From Candidatus Omnitrophota bacterium (GTDB lineage: Bacteria; Omnitrophota; Gorgyraeia; B26-G9): a stretch of DNA of 64,000 nt. This document shows, piece by piece, positions 41,566 to 51,890 of this stretch. A program made the position numbers and the translations under genes. The stretch covers positions 36,354 through 100,353 of the forward strand of contig JAHITY010000015.1 in the NCBI GenBank assembly GCA_018817165.1, read 5' to 3'. The notes under the pieces are model-generated. The model did no database searches and was not told the origin of the DNA. It saw nothing but the letters and a program-made list of their open reading frames with translations. How positions within the stretch are numbered: position 1 is the first letter of the stretch; each line of letters starts with the position of its first letter.

Positions 41566-42408
41566 TTATAGACTTCTTACCACCATTGTTTCATAAGCGC
41601 CCTGAAACTCCTTCTTTAGCTTTATCGCCTCCTCTCGAGAATTGATCAAACCAAAAATTACTGATCCGCTCCCAGACATTAAAACCGCCCTCACGCCACG
41701 GGCGGATATCATTTGTTTTATCTTTTTAAGTTGCTTATACTGTTTAAAAACAACTGATTCTAGTCGGTTAAACAGTGTTTTTTCAATCAGTTCCATTCTT
41801 TTGCTTTTAACTGCATGAACCAGCAGTTTAACATCATTTTTCTGCCTTGTCAAGCTTGAGGATAACCCGCAATAAGCCTTTTGGGTAGAAACTGAAATGT
41901 CTGGTTTTACCAACAATATCCAAAATCTATACCCAATATCTATAGGAGTTAATTTATCGCCCCTTGCTTTACCGATTGCCGCATTACAATTTGTGATAAA
42001 AACCGGCACATCCGCCCCAATTTTTTTAGCCAAAGCCAATAATTCCTTTTGCTCTAAGCCTAATTTCCATAGTTTATTAAGCCCCAACAAAGCAGCCGCG
42101 GCATCACTAGATCCACCGCCCAAACCGGCAAATACAGGGATCTTTTTCTGAATTCTAATGTGCACACCTTTATCTGTCCCAGTTTTCTGCTGTAAGAGCT
42201 TTGCCGCTTTGTAAACAAGATTTGTCTGATCTTCGGGGACATCCGGATGCGAACAACTGATTTTAATCCCTTTTTTAATTAATTTAAAGGTCAGCTTATC
42301 AAAAAGCCCTATTTTCAAGAATAAAGTTTCGATATTATGATAACCGTCTTTGCGTTTATCCAAAACTTCCAAAAATAAATTTATTTTTGCCGGCGTCTTA
42401 ATAATCAT
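41566..42408 (-). CDS. ispE: 4-diphosphocytidyl-2-C-methyl-D-erythritol kinase
   Basis: [32 protein letters not shown]. Confidence 0.97.
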   Translation of the reverse strand: MIIKTPAKINLFLEVLDKRKDGYHNIETLFLKIGLFDKLTFKLIKKGIKISCSHPDVPEDQTNLVYKAAKLLQQKTGTDKGVHIRIQKKIPVFAGLGGGSSDAAAALLGLNKLWKLGLEQKELLALAKKIGADVPVFITNCNAAIGKARGDKLTPIDIGYRFWILLVKPDISVSTQKAYCGLSSSLTRQKNDVKLLVHAVKSKRMELIEKTLFNRLESVVFKQYKQLKKIKQMISARGVRAVLMSGSGSVIFGLINSREEAIKLKKEFQGAYETMVVRSL

Positions 42409-42410
42409 AA

Positions 42411-43349
42411 TTATTTATTTAACATTTTCATCACAGAACGAACAATATCTTCTGGCTGCAAACCATACTCTTTAAGCAAATCCTTTTCATTCCCGGATTG
42501 CCCGAATCTGTTCCTAACCCCAATCCTGGCAAGAGGAATAGCACAAGCGCATTCAGCAACCACTTCCTCAATCGCGCAACCAAGTCCTCCAGTAATCGAA
42601 TGCTCTTCACAAACTATCATTGCCTTTGTTTTTTTGGTCATTTCTTTGATAATTGATTGATCGATTGGTTTAATCGTATGCATATTAATCACCGTGGCTT
42701 TAATATTATTTTTTTCAAGTTCCACAGCAGCATCCATTGCGAATTTTGTCATAATTCCACAAGCAAAAATCGATACATCTTCCCCCTGTCTTAACACTTC
42801 TGCTTTGCCTAATTCAAAAGGCCTCTTATGCTCAACAGTCGGAACTTTTGATCTGCCCAGACGGATATATACTGGTCCGGTTATATCCAGTGACGCTTTT
42901 ATCGCATCTTTTGTCTGGGGACCATCACAAGGGACAATAACAGTCATATTCGGAATTACCCGCATTATCGCGATATCCTCTAAAGCCTGATGAGTCGCCC
43001 CATCTGGACCAACGGTTATTCCGGCATGAGTTGCCACAATTTTCACATTAAGCTTGCTGTAACATATTGAATTTCGCACCTGATCCCAGGCTCTTCCGGT
43101 TGCAAACATAGCAAAAGTTGAAGCAAAAACAATTTTCCCACAACTAGCCAATCCGGCCGCCGCGCCCATCATATTCTGCTCGGCAACTCCAAAATTAAAA
43201 AATCTATCAGGGAATTCACAAGCAAAAAAAGATGTTCTGGTTGAGCCGGATAAATCAGCGTCTAAAACAACGATATCTTTATTTTCTTTGCCTAATTCAA
43301 TTAATGTTTTTCCATAAACATCACGCTGGTACAGCATTTCATTACTCAT
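42411..43349 (-). CDS. Transketolase C-terminal subunit
   Basis: GVAEQNM, GPDGATHQ, YIRLGR, EEHSITGGLG. Confidence 0.95.
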   Translation of the reverse strand: MSNEMLYQRDVYGKTLIELGKENKDIVVLDADLSGSTRTSFFACEFPDRFFNFGVAEQNMMGAAAGLASCGKIVFASTFAMFATGRAWDQVRNSICYSKLNVKIVATHAGITVGPDGATHQALEDIAIMRVIPNMTVIVPCDGPQTKDAIKASLDITGPVYIRLGRSKVPTVEHKRPFELGKAEVLRQGEDVSIFACGIMTKFAMDAAVELEKNNIKATVINMHTIKPIDQSIIKEMTKKTKAMIVCEEHSITGGLGCAIEEVVAECACAIPLARIGVRNRFGQSGNEKDLLKEYGLQPEDIVRSVMKMLNK

Positions 43350-44154
43350 CCGATAACTCCTTTAATGCGATTACTTCTTCCTCTTTTGTTGGGGCAACTC
43401 CATGAAAATTAACTACATTCTCCATAAAAGAAACATCTTTTCCCTTTACGGTATGGGCAATTATAATGCTTGGTTTACCCTTGAAATTTTTTGCCTGTTC
43501 AAAAGCATCGAGAATCTGTTTAATATCATGGCCATTAATATCAATTACATTCCAGCCAAAAGCTTTCCATTTATCGCCAATCGGCTCAATATTCATTACA
43601 TCTTTAATACATCCATCAATTTGAAATCCGTTTTGATCAAGAATCGCGCAAATATTATCTGCCTTAAAATGGGCTGCGGCCATTGCCGCTTCCCAAATAT
43701 TCCCTTCCTGAATCTCGCCATCTCCCATCAGACAATATACGCGATAATCTTTTTTATCGATTTTAGCAGCTAATGACATTCCCAAAGAAACAGATAATCC
43801 CTGACCTAAGGAACCGCTGGCAACATCAATTCCCGGAACATTCACATCCGGATGCCCCTGCAACAAAGCACCAAAATTACGCAAACTATCCAGATGCTCA
43901 CGCTCAAAATATCCGCACTCAGCCAAAGCAACATACCATATCGGACAACAATGTCCTTTGGACATGTGAAATCTATCTCGATCCGGCCATTTTGGATCAG
44001 CCGAATTATGCCTCAAAACTTTAAAAAACAAACAAGTTAAAATATCAGTAGCGGATAATGACCCTCCGGGATGTCCTGATTGTGCTTTGGTTAGCATCTT
44101 AATTACATCCCGCCTCATTTGTTTTGCTTTTTTCTCTAATTGCTTGATTTCCAC
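43342..44154 (-). CDS. Transketolase N-terminal (TPP-binding) subunit
   Basis: SGHPGGSLS, SKGH, LQGHP, GSLGQG, GDGEIQEG. Confidence 0.95.
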   Translation of the reverse strand: MEIKQLEKKAKQMRRDVIKMLTKAQSGHPGGSLSATDILTCLFFKVLRHNSADPKWPDRDRFHMSKGHCCPIWYVALAECGYFEREHLDSLRNFGALLQGHPDVNVPGIDVASGSLGQGLSVSLGMSLAAKIDKKDYRVYCLMGDGEIQEGNIWEAAMAAAHFKADNICAILDQNGFQIDGCIKDVMNIEPIGDKWKAFGWNVIDINGHDIKQILDAFEQAKNFKGKPSIIIAHTVKGKDVSFMENVVNFHGVAPTKEEEVIALKELSDE

Positions 44155-44213
44155 CGATAAACTCCTTTTTACTGTTACTAACTCAATTATTAATTTACTT
44201 TTAAAAATTCATT

Positions 44214-45095
44214 CTAATCATAATATGGCAATGTCAATAATTCCGCGACATCAACATTTCGATATTCTTTAAGTTCCTCTTTTTCAAAAACAACAAAATT
44301 TCTCAGCAGTTCATTTTTTACGATTATTTGATTAAATCCGCTAAATTTATACTGCGCCAGAACCTCATCGACCATATTCAAAATTATCGGAACGTAAATC
44401 TTATTAAACCTCAGATTATTGCTTATTGACAAAGAATAAAAAAACAGCTGTTTATCTTGGTTAAACGATCCGGAAACCTTCGCCTTATTAACTACGGAGG
44501 AATTTAATTCAAGATTTACCCTTTGCGAAATTTGCTCTGCCAAAAATTTTGGTAAGGTCATTTCTTCAATATTAAAATTAAAAAAAGCTTCTTTAATCAA
44601 TTCAGGATTAAAATTTACCTGCCACAATATTCTTTTACGATACTCTTCTCTGCCTATCCAGCCATTCATAAATTTGTAAACATCATCCATGTACCGGACT
44701 AAAATCACTTCCGCGGCAGTGACCTTAACATCGGCAGCAATAATTGTATAAAAATCTACCTCCGCGTCAGTACTAAAGAGCAATCGTGATGTACTCAGGA
44801 TAACATTTTCAATTTTACTTACCGCCTCAGGCAAAATATCCATATTAGAATTAAACAATTCATTTAGCGGTATAAACACAACTATGTTACGACCGATCAG
44901 CTTTACCTGGACATCAATATCATATGTTTTTTTACAAAGATCAATTAATGAACCCTCAAGTTTTTCTTTAGGATAAGTAGGCGCGCAGCCACTAGTGTTA
45001 AAAATCAGCAAAGAAATTAGGATTAAAAGACTAAGTCTTTTCTTTTCCTGGAGAAACCTTGCCGAACTCTTTAAAAATAGCTTCAATATCGTCAT
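44214..45095 (-). CDS. Hypothetical lipoprotein
   Basis: Hydrophobic stretch then lipobox-like TSGC; long ORF in operon context; start uncertain. Confidence 0.7.
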   Translation of the reverse strand: MTILKLFLKSSARFLQEKKRLSLLILISLLIFNTSGCAPTYPKEKLEGSLIDLCKKTYDIDVQVKLIGRNIVVFIPLNELFNSNMDILPEAVSKIENVILSTSRLLFSTDAEVDFYTIIAADVKVTAAEVILVRYMDDVYKFMNGWIGREEYRKRILWQVNFNPELIKEAFFNFNIEEMTLPKFLAEQISQRVNLELNSSVVNKAKVSGSFNQDKQLFFYSLSISNNLRFNKIYVPIILNMVDEVLAQYKFSGFNQIIVKNELLRNFVVFEKEELKEYRNVDVAELLTLPYYD

Positions 45096-46656
45096 ATTCT
45101 AATTCTTCTTTTTCTAATAATTCATTAGCAAATCTATCTAAAATAACTTTTTCTTTATTCAAAAGGTTCTGAACTTCTTTTAAGCTATTTTGCAATATTT
45201 GATTTGTTTCTTCATTCAAACGCTGTTTAAGCGATTCTGATAATTGATCTGTTGGGATTTGATCATAATCGCCAATATGTCCGGACAGCCCCATTCCATA
45301 GCACCAAACCATTTGATGAGCCCAATACATAGCCTTTTTAAAATCACCGGAAACTCCTAATGTGGTAATCCCAAATTGGATTTTTTCAGCAGCATATCCC
45401 GCCAAGGAAACTTTTATTTGAGCCATAACGTGATTCAAATTCATTCCAACATATTCCTCACGAGCCTGATGATGAACTACACCCAAAGTACCTTTCCTTG
45501 GAATAATTGAAGCTTTAAACACATCATTATAAGGATGGAGAAAAAAAGTCGCGATAAGATGTCCGGCTTCATGATAAGCCGTCATCATTCGTTCTTTGTC
45601 AGTCATTTTCATTCTATGCTTAAGTCCAAGATCAATTCGTTCCATTGCTTCACTTAATTCTTTATGTGAAATCATTTCCATTTTATTTCTGGCCGCAACT
45701 AGCGCAGATTCACGAACTATATTCTCAATATCAGCTGGAGTCTTTCCGACAGCTTGGCGAGCAAGTTTTTTAACATCAAGATCCGGTACGCATTTCACCT
45801 TATTAAGATAATATTTAAAAATCGCTTCTCTTTGGTCTGAATCCGGCAGACTAAAATAAATTTTTCGGTCAAATCTTCCCGGCCGCATTAAAGCAGCATC
45901 TAAATGTCCTTCCGCGGCATTCGTCGCTCCGATTATAACAATGTTAGCAGTTCCAGTAACACCATCAAGCTCAACTAAAAGTTGGTTTAAGGTATTATTA
46001 GATTCTTGCCCTCCACCCATACTAAAAGAACGCGCTCTGCCTACAGCATCAATTTCATCAATAAAAATTATACAACCTCCGTTAGCATAAGCAAGACGAC
46101 GCGCCTTATGAAACATTTTTCTAACACGGCTTGCCCCAACGCCAACAAACATTTCGACAAACTCACTTCCTGCCATACTCAAAAATGGTACTCCTGTTTC
46201 AGTAGCTATAGCTTTTGCTAAATATGTTTTTCCGCATCCAGGAGGTCCAACCATCAAAATTCCTTTTATAAACTGCGCTCCCATATTCTTCAGGGATGTC
46301 CGATCCAGAAGCAATTGAGTTACTTCTCTTGCTTCTTCCACCGCTTGATCGATACCTATAACATCAGAGAATTTAATCGCTACTTTGGTTGGATCAACTT
46401 TTTGGGTCTTCATTTTGCCCATATAACCAAACATAACCGAAACATATATAAACGCGCCAATTGCCGCGCTAATCAGCATGATTAACATCTGCAAAGGCAT
46501 GCTCGCTAATATCGATGTCCTGGCATATGATTCAAGACGCGATATACCCACAGCAGATAAACCGATCAATACCAATGCGACAGAAATAATAAGTATCGCT
46601 ATCCAATAATCCTCAAGAAAGATTTTTATTTTTCTTAAGATTGTAATTTTGTTCAT
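45031..46656 (-). CDS. ftsH: FtsH-family AAA+ zinc metalloprotease (short periplasmic part)
   Basis: Two TMs, [40 protein letters not shown]. Confidence 0.9.
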   Translation of the reverse strand: MNKITILRKIKIFLEDYWIAILIISVALVLIGLSAVGISRLESYARTSILASMPLQMLIMLISAAIGAFIYVSVMFGYMGKMKTQKVDPTKVAIKFSDVIGIDQAVEEAREVTQLLLDRTSLKNMGAQFIKGILMVGPPGCGKTYLAKAIATETGVPFLSMAGSEFVEMFVGVGASRVRKMFHKARRLAYANGGCIIFIDEIDAVGRARSFSMGGGQESNNTLNQLLVELDGVTGTANIVIIGATNAAEGHLDAALMRPGRFDRKIYFSLPDSDQREAIFKYYLNKVKCVPDLDVKKLARQAVGKTPADIENIVRESALVAARNKMEMISHKELSEAMERIDLGLKHRMKMTDKERMMTAYHEAGHLIATFFLHPYNDVFKASIIPRKGTLGVVHHQAREEYVGMNLNHVMAQIKVSLAGYAAEKIQFGITTLGVSGDFKKAMYWAHQMVWCYGMGLSGHIGDYDQIPTDQLSESLKQRLNEETNQILQNSLKEVQNLLNKEKVILDRFANELLEKEELEYDDIEAIFKEFGKVSPGKEKT

Positions 46657-46670
46657 ACTGCCCCCTTTTA

Positions 46671-48236
46671 TTATTTATCCTGAACTGGATTACCTTGCAG
46701 CAAATCAAGCTTTTTCTGAACATCTTTTTGCTTAGGATCAAGCTCAAGCGACTTTTCCCATTGCGCCTTAGCTTTATCTTTTAAGTTTTTTTGAAAATAA
46801 ATATCACCTAAATGATCATGGATTACCGGATCAGAACTTAATGCTAAAACAGCTTTCTCCAGCAGTTCCTGAGCTTTTATTAATTCGCCTTTTTTGTAAT
46901 AAGCCCATCCCAGCGAATCAATATACGCCCCATTTTCCGGATCAATTTTTAAAGCATTATTTATCAGTTGAATAGCCTTTTCAAGATTTTTACCTTCTTC
47001 TACATACATATATCCCAAATAATTACTCGCATCAGCATTATTTGGATTTAGCTCTAAAGTCTTAACAAACTGTTTTTTTGCCGATTCCCGTTTACCTTGT
47101 TTCTCATATAAAGCACCCAGATAAAAATAAACAAGTTCATCATTAGGGTTAATTTCAATTGCTTTCGCGTAAAATTGCTCAGCTTGGATGTAAGATTCCT
47201 TTAAACTATAGGCTAATCCTAACAACAGATACAATCGAGATTTATCTTTTAGTAATGGTTCAGCATCAGATAATACCTCAATTGCCTGATCTGTTTTGTC
47301 TTGTTTGAGATAAATATGCGCTATTTCAAAATAAGTATCAATAACTCTGGGATTAAGCACTAAAACTTGCTTAAATTTTTCCAAAGCATCACCGAGCATA
47401 TTACGCTTAACATAAATCTGGCCCAATCGAAAATATGCCAAACCATTAGTTGGATCCAATGCAACCGCCTGTTCATAAGCTTGCTGCGATTTCGCGATTT
47501 CATTCTCCAATTCATATACAAGCCCTAAGCCCAAATAAGCTTCAATATAATCAGGAGATATCTTAATTGTTTTTTCTAAATATGTAATCGCCAGATCATA
47601 TTTATCGATTTGACTATTTAACATCCCCAAATTAAAATAAACATAGGGGAGATTAATTTCCTTCTCAGCCAGAGTTTCATAAACAAAGATTGCTTTATCA
47701 AAATTATGACCTAGAACATATAAGTCAGCTAAGCTAAGTTGCGCTTGATTATTTTCCGGATCAAGTTCAATCGCTTGTTCATAAAACTTTTCCGCTTTGC
47801 TAAGTTCTCCCAAAGATGTGTAAATCAGCCCCAAAAGTAATCTAACTCTAATATCATCCGGTGAATAATCCAACACTTTTTCAAACTGAGCTATCGCATT
47901 ATTAAAATCGCCCTTTTTGAAATATGTTATCCCCAGTTTAACAAAAATAGCTGAAGATTTTTTATCAAAATTACCGGCTGACTGATATTCTTTTATTGCT
48001 AACTCCAGCTGATTTTCTTTTTCATATAAAAGCCCACGCAAATAGTGTGCGTAGGCTTTTGAGAACAAGTTTTTTTCCCCTGCTAAGCTTTTCGATTCAA
48101 TAATTGGATGCTTATAATTTGATTTATTGAAGCTCCTGCCCAATGATTTATTATGGGAAGAACAACCATTTAAGATAAAACAAAGGGTTAACAGCAATAA
48201 TATCACACCGCAAGCAAATCGCTTATCAGATCTCAT
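46671..48236 (-). CDS. TPR-repeat lipoprotein
   Basis: Lipobox LNGC; many TPRs; NYLGY, DSLGWAYY, IHDHLGD. Confidence 0.9.
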   Translation of the reverse strand: MRSDKRFACGVILLLLTLCFILNGCSSHNKSLGRSFNKSNYKHPIIESKSLAGEKNLFSKAYAHYLRGLLYEKENQLELAIKEYQSAGNFDKKSSAIFVKLGITYFKKGDFNNAIAQFEKVLDYSPDDIRVRLLLGLIYTSLGELSKAEKFYEQAIELDPENNQAQLSLADLYVLGHNFDKAIFVYETLAEKEINLPYVYFNLGMLNSQIDKYDLAITYLEKTIKISPDYIEAYLGLGLVYELENEIAKSQQAYEQAVALDPTNGLAYFRLGQIYVKRNMLGDALEKFKQVLVLNPRVIDTYFEIAHIYLKQDKTDQAIEVLSDAEPLLKDKSRLYLLLGLAYSLKESYIQAEQFYAKAIEINPNDELVYFYLGALYEKQGKRESAKKQFVKTLELNPNNADASNYLGYMYVEEGKNLEKAIQLINNALKIDPENGAYIDSLGWAYYKKGELIKAQELLEKAVLALSSDPVIHDHLGDIYFQKNLKDKAKAQWEKSLELDPKQKDVQKKLDLLQGNPVQDK

Positions 48237-48250
48237 TACAATATAGGCCT

Positions 48251-48346
48251 TTATGAGTTCTTTTTCTTATGTCTATCTCTTCTTAATCTCTTTTTTCTTT
48301 TATGAGTAGATATTTTTTTTCTTTTTCTTTTTCTTCCGCAAGGCAT
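48251..48346 (-). CDS. 31-aa basic protein, AURKAIP1/COX24 (bS22/mS38-like) family
   Basis: MPCGRKRKRKKISTHKRKKRLRRDRHKKKNS*; strong AAGGAGG SD; below the ORF-track length cutoff. Confidence 0.85.
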   Translation of the reverse strand: MPCGRKRKRKKISTHKRKKRLRRDRHKKKNS

Positions 48347-48375
48347 TCTAATTCCTCCTTCAAGGTGTATTCCGC

Positions 48376-49251
48376 TTAGGGTATTACTTTTGTCAAATTA
48401 TACTCAATTATATCTTCAGCACCCGCTTTTTTTAATTTCTGAATTAATTCTCTTACAGCTTTTTCATCAGCAATAATTTCAATCGCATACCAATCTTTTC
48501 GGGAAAGATGCGATATTGTCGGATTTCGCATTGATGGCAGCAAAGCAAGTATATTTTTAAGATTTTCTTCACTTGCATTTAATTTTAATCCTACTTTATC
48601 TTCAGCTAAGATAGCGCCCTTTAACAACATTGCGATGTTTTCAATTTTTTCTCTTTTCCAAGCATCTTTCCAAGCATCTTTATTAGCAATCAACTGCGTA
48701 ACGCTTTCACATAAAGTATCAATGATTTTAAGATTATGCGCCCGCAAACTCGATCCTGTCTCGGTAAGCTCAACTATAGCATCAACTAATTCCGGCACCT
48801 TAGCCTCAGTAGCGCCCCAACTAAATTCAACCTCCGCCTTGACCTTATTTTTTTTCAGATAATTTTTGGTGACATTGACTAGTTCAGTAGCCAACCTTTT
48901 ACCTTGCAAGTCTTTAACACTTTTAATTTTTGAATCATTCGGCACGACAAGTACCCAACGAACAGGAGTTTTCCCCTGTTTGGCATACATTAAATCAGCA
49001 GCCACTACAACTTTTGCATTATTTTCCAAAATCCAATCAGCACCGGTAATTCCGCAATCCAAAACACCATTTTCAATATATCGCGGAAGCTCCTGCGCTC
49101 TTAAAAGCACTGTTTCGATTTCCGGGTCATCGATTCTAGGAAAATATGAACGGCTGGAAACACTCACCGAAAATCCCGCTTTCTTCAACATACGTAGGGT
49201 TGATTCCTGCAAACTTCCTTTGGGCAATCCAATTCTTAATTTTTTCTTCAT
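48376..49251 (-). CDS. hisG: ATP phosphoribosyltransferase, long form
   Basis: LPKGSL, GITGADW, GATE, ETGSSL, C-terminal regulatory domain PTIS..GAEDI. Confidence 0.96.
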   Translation of the reverse strand: MKKKLRIGLPKGSLQESTLRMLKKAGFSVSVSSRSYFPRIDDPEIETVLLRAQELPRYIENGVLDCGITGADWILENNAKVVVAADLMYAKQGKTPVRWVLVVPNDSKIKSVKDLQGKRLATELVNVTKNYLKKNKVKAEVEFSWGATEAKVPELVDAIVELTETGSSLRAHNLKIIDTLCESVTQLIANKDAWKDAWKREKIENIAMLLKGAILAEDKVGLKLNASEENLKNILALLPSMRNPTISHLSRKDWYAIEIIADEKAVRELIQKLKKAGAEDIIEYNLTKVIP

Positions 49252-49294
49252 TTCCCTCACCATTGTTTGAATAGTTAAATTTTAATTTCTTTAT

Positions 49295-49323
49295 ATTCTA
49301 TATGTTAATCTTAGAAATGTCAA
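49295..49323 (-). promoter_or_regulatory. sigma70 promoter of the hisG operon
   Basis: TTGACA-17-TAGAAT. Confidence 0.7.
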
Positions 49324-49396
49324 TATAAACCCCGATATAAAAAGTCACCGCTAACTTAAACAACCGCATTATTTAAGCAAAACAGTGACTCTTTGA

Positions 49397-50308
49397 TTAA
49401 ACTTCCCATTGTTTATGAATCCAATTAACCCATTGCCCGGGATATTGCCGAATATATTTCTCAATAATATCAATAGTATTCTGCAGATTCACTTTTATAT
49501 CTCTTTGCATATCTCCAGAAATATCCATTGTCAGCTGGGGTTCAATTTTAATAATGTGATTATTATTTTGTTTTCTGATTATGAACATCGGGACTACTGC
49601 CGCTTTAGTACTTAGAGCTAGTTTAATCGGTCCGCTAGCAACCATCGCCGGCCGGCCAAAAAAGTTAATCTTAAGTCCTTCTTTGCCAAAATTCTGATCC
49701 ATCTCAATTATTAAAAGCTGGTTGCGGTCAAGAGTTTGAATACAGCGACGCATACAAGTTACTATGGGACGATTAAATATAACTTTTTGTCCTACTTGTC
49801 GACAGAAATCCATCATGATTTTTTCCACCCGCTTATTCCGAGCATGCCTGGCAACAAAAGTAGATTTATAACCCATTGAACTTAAAAGACCACCCATTAA
49901 AGTAAAACTACCTAAATGCGCGCTTGCGCAAATTACTCCTTTACCTTGGCTTAAAGCTTTTTCCAAATGCTCAATTCCCTCAACTTCAATAGACTCAGTC
50001 AACTGCTGTTTAGAAAAATCCTTATATCTTACAGTATCCAATACTATATGCCCCATAGTATTAAAACTCTGGCTTGCGATAAGGTTTAATTCTGGCTTGG
50101 AAAAAGAGTTGCCCAGAGCACTGCGCAGGTTCATAAGCGCGATTTTTCTATTTTTCCCGGCACAAATATAGTAAGTTCGGCTCAAAATGCTACCAATAAA
50201 ATAAGTTATCCCCCGAGGGAAAAATCTAATTGTACCCACTAGAAATTGAAGCCCGACGACACTAAGGAAAGAAGCGATTTTTTTCTTTAATATTTTCTTC
50301 ATCGCCAT
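49397..50308 (-). CDS. Lipid A late acyltransferase (LpxL/HtrB family)
   Basis: GKGVI..SAHLGSF, DQ, FFG, IRQYPGQW.WIHKQW; true start may be 50302. Confidence 0.88.
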   Translation of the reverse strand: MAMKKILKKKIASFLSVVGLQFLVGTIRFFPRGITYFIGSILSRTYYICAGKNRKIALMNLRSALGNSFSKPELNLIASQSFNTMGHIVLDTVRYKDFSKQQLTESIEVEGIEHLEKALSQGKGVICASAHLGSFTLMGGLLSSMGYKSTFVARHARNKRVEKIMMDFCRQVGQKVIFNRPIVTCMRRCIQTLDRNQLLIIEMDQNFGKEGLKINFFGRPAMVASGPIKLALSTKAAVVPMFIIRKQNNNHIIKIEPQLTMDISGDMQRDIKVNLQNTIDIIEKYIRQYPGQWVNWIHKQWEV

Positions 50309-50344
50309 AGAATACTATAAATATATAATAAGGTCAATATTAAA

Positions 50345-50424
50345 AAGGACACAAGGTCACAAGGACACAAGGTCACAAGGACACAAGGTCACAAGGACAC
50401 AAGGTCACAAGGACACAAGGTCAC
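50345..50424. repeat. Perfect tandem repeat (AAGGACACAAGGTCAC)x5
   Basis: Counted directly: ten alternating octamers AAGGACAC/AAGGTCAC, then decaying AAGT-based units to ~50465. Confidence 0.95.
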
Positions 50425-50543
50425 AAGGTACAAGTTCGTAAAGTTGAAAGTTTATAAAGTGAAAAGTATGTTTGGATGATGGTCAATGGTCGATAGCTAA
50501 GGGTCAAAAGTAAAAAAGTAAATGCGCAAAGCTACCTTTGTGA

Positions 50544-50774
50544 AAGATGATTGGGAAATTTTTAAGCTTCTCACAAATTTAGGTAAATATGTGACGTATT
50601 TTTGGGGACCCTTTAGGGCACGAGGACCTGTCTGAGCCCTTGCAACTTAAGAAAAGCGGTACGCCAACTTTTAAGGGCGAGTTCCGCAAGTGCCAGAAAT
50701 ACGACACGGATTTGCCAATCTTGCTGTTTTATAGCAAGAAAATTTGTGTCAGCGTAAAATTTGTTAATCATCTT
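50544..50774. ncRNA. Large multi-helix structured element (ncRNA or MITE-like)
   Basis: Nested complementary segments: AAGATGATT/AATCATCTT, CACAAATTT/AAATTTGTG, GGTAAAT/ATTTGCC, CGTATTTTT/AGAAATACG, GGCAC/GTGCC, GCCCTT/AAGGGC; side hairpin TCTTGCT/AGCAAGA. Confidence 0.6.
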
Positions 50775-50869
50775 GAGTCCAGAGAACAGCAGATAGAAAA
50801 AAACTAGAAACTAGTAACTCGTAATCCATAACTAATAATTCATAACTAATAACTTTAAACTCATAACAG

Positions 50870-50899
50870 TTGACAAAATATTCTCAACTGTGTTAAAGT
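50870..50899 (+). promoter_or_regulatory. sigma70 promoter of the gnnA-like/lpxB operon
   Basis: TTGACA-18-TAAAGT with extended -10 TG; inverted repeat ACAGTTGA-N10-TCAACTGT overlaps the -35. Confidence 0.6.
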
Positions 50900-50908
50900 T
50901 TAGTAGTT

Positions 50909-51841
50909 ATGAAAAAAATTAAAGTTGCCGTTATCGGCGCAGGACATTTAGGAAAAATTCACGCTCGCATTTATGCTCAATTCAAAAACTGTGAGTTAAT
51001 CGGTATTTGCGATACTGATCCGGAAAAAGCGAACACCCATGCCCAAAGTTTCTCGACAAAAGCATACACAGACTACACCCAACTTTTAAATAAAGTCGAT
51101 GCCGTAAGCATTGCCACCCCGACCAGTTCACATTTTAAAATAGCCTCGGAATTTCTAAAACACAAAGTGCATGTCATGGTCGAAAAACCAATAACAAAAA
51201 AAATTGTTGAGGCAGAAAAACTGATAAATTTAGCTAAAAAGAACAAAGTCCTCCTCCAGGTAGGACATGTAGAACGGTTTAACCCGGCGATTAAAGCACT
51301 CGCTAGATTATGTAAAGACCCGCAATTTATTGAATGCCATCGATTAAGCCCATTTCCTCTGCGCGGCACTGATGTCAGCGTAATTCTTGATTTAATGATT
51401 CATGATATTGACATCGTTCTTTCTTTGGTCAGATCTCCGGTAAAAAGCATTCACGCGATTGGTGTTAAAGCAATTTCTCAATTTGAAGATATAGCCAATG
51501 TCCGACTTACTTTTGCCAATGGCACAGTCTGCAACCTGACTTCCAGCCGGATCAGTGATGATGTTATGCGCAAAATCAGAATATTTCAAAAAAATTCCTA
51601 TATAAGCTTGGATTATGCTTTACAAAAAATAATTATGTACAAAAAAACCGGAATAAAAATAACAAAAAAAGAAATCGCTGTTGAAAAAAAAGAACCTCTG
51701 GTAGAAGAGCTGTATTCTTTCATCCAATGCATAAAAACGAAAAAAACTCCTTTAGTTCAAGGTCAGGATGCCAAAGAAGCTCTAAATATCGCCTTGAAGA
51801 TTACTAAAATAATCCAAAAGAACCAAAACAATATCCTCTGA
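50909..51841 (+). CDS. Gfo/Idh/MocA oxidoreductase, GnnA-like UDP-GlcNAc 3-dehydrogenase
   Basis: GAGHLG, VEKP, VGHVERFNP, DVSVILDLMIHDID; adjacent to lpxB. Confidence 0.85.
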   Translation: MKKIKVAVIGAGHLGKIHARIYAQFKNCELIGICDTDPEKANTHAQSFSTKAYTDYTQLLNKVDAVSIATPTSSHFKIASEFLKHKVHVMVEKPITKKIVEAEKLINLAKKNKVLLQVGHVERFNPAIKALARLCKDPQFIECHRLSPFPLRGTDVSVILDLMIHDIDIVLSLVRSPVKSIHAIGVKAISQFEDIANVRLTFANGTVCNLTSSRISDDVMRKIRIFQKNSYISLDYALQKIIMYKKTGIKITKKEIAVEKKEPLVEELYSFIQCIKTKKTPLVQGQDAKEALNIALKITKIIQKNQNNIL

Positions 51842-51890
51842 AAAATATTTAATTAAAAATTTAACGCTAAAACCTACATCCAATATTCCT

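Noticed and set aside
46671-48236. TPR protein as LapB adaptor for FtsH/LpxC
   Set aside because: Has a lipobox (exported) and no rubredoxin CxxC domain
50345-50424. Tandem array as CRISPR or iterons
   Set aside because: No unique spacers, no rep gene, housekeeping context
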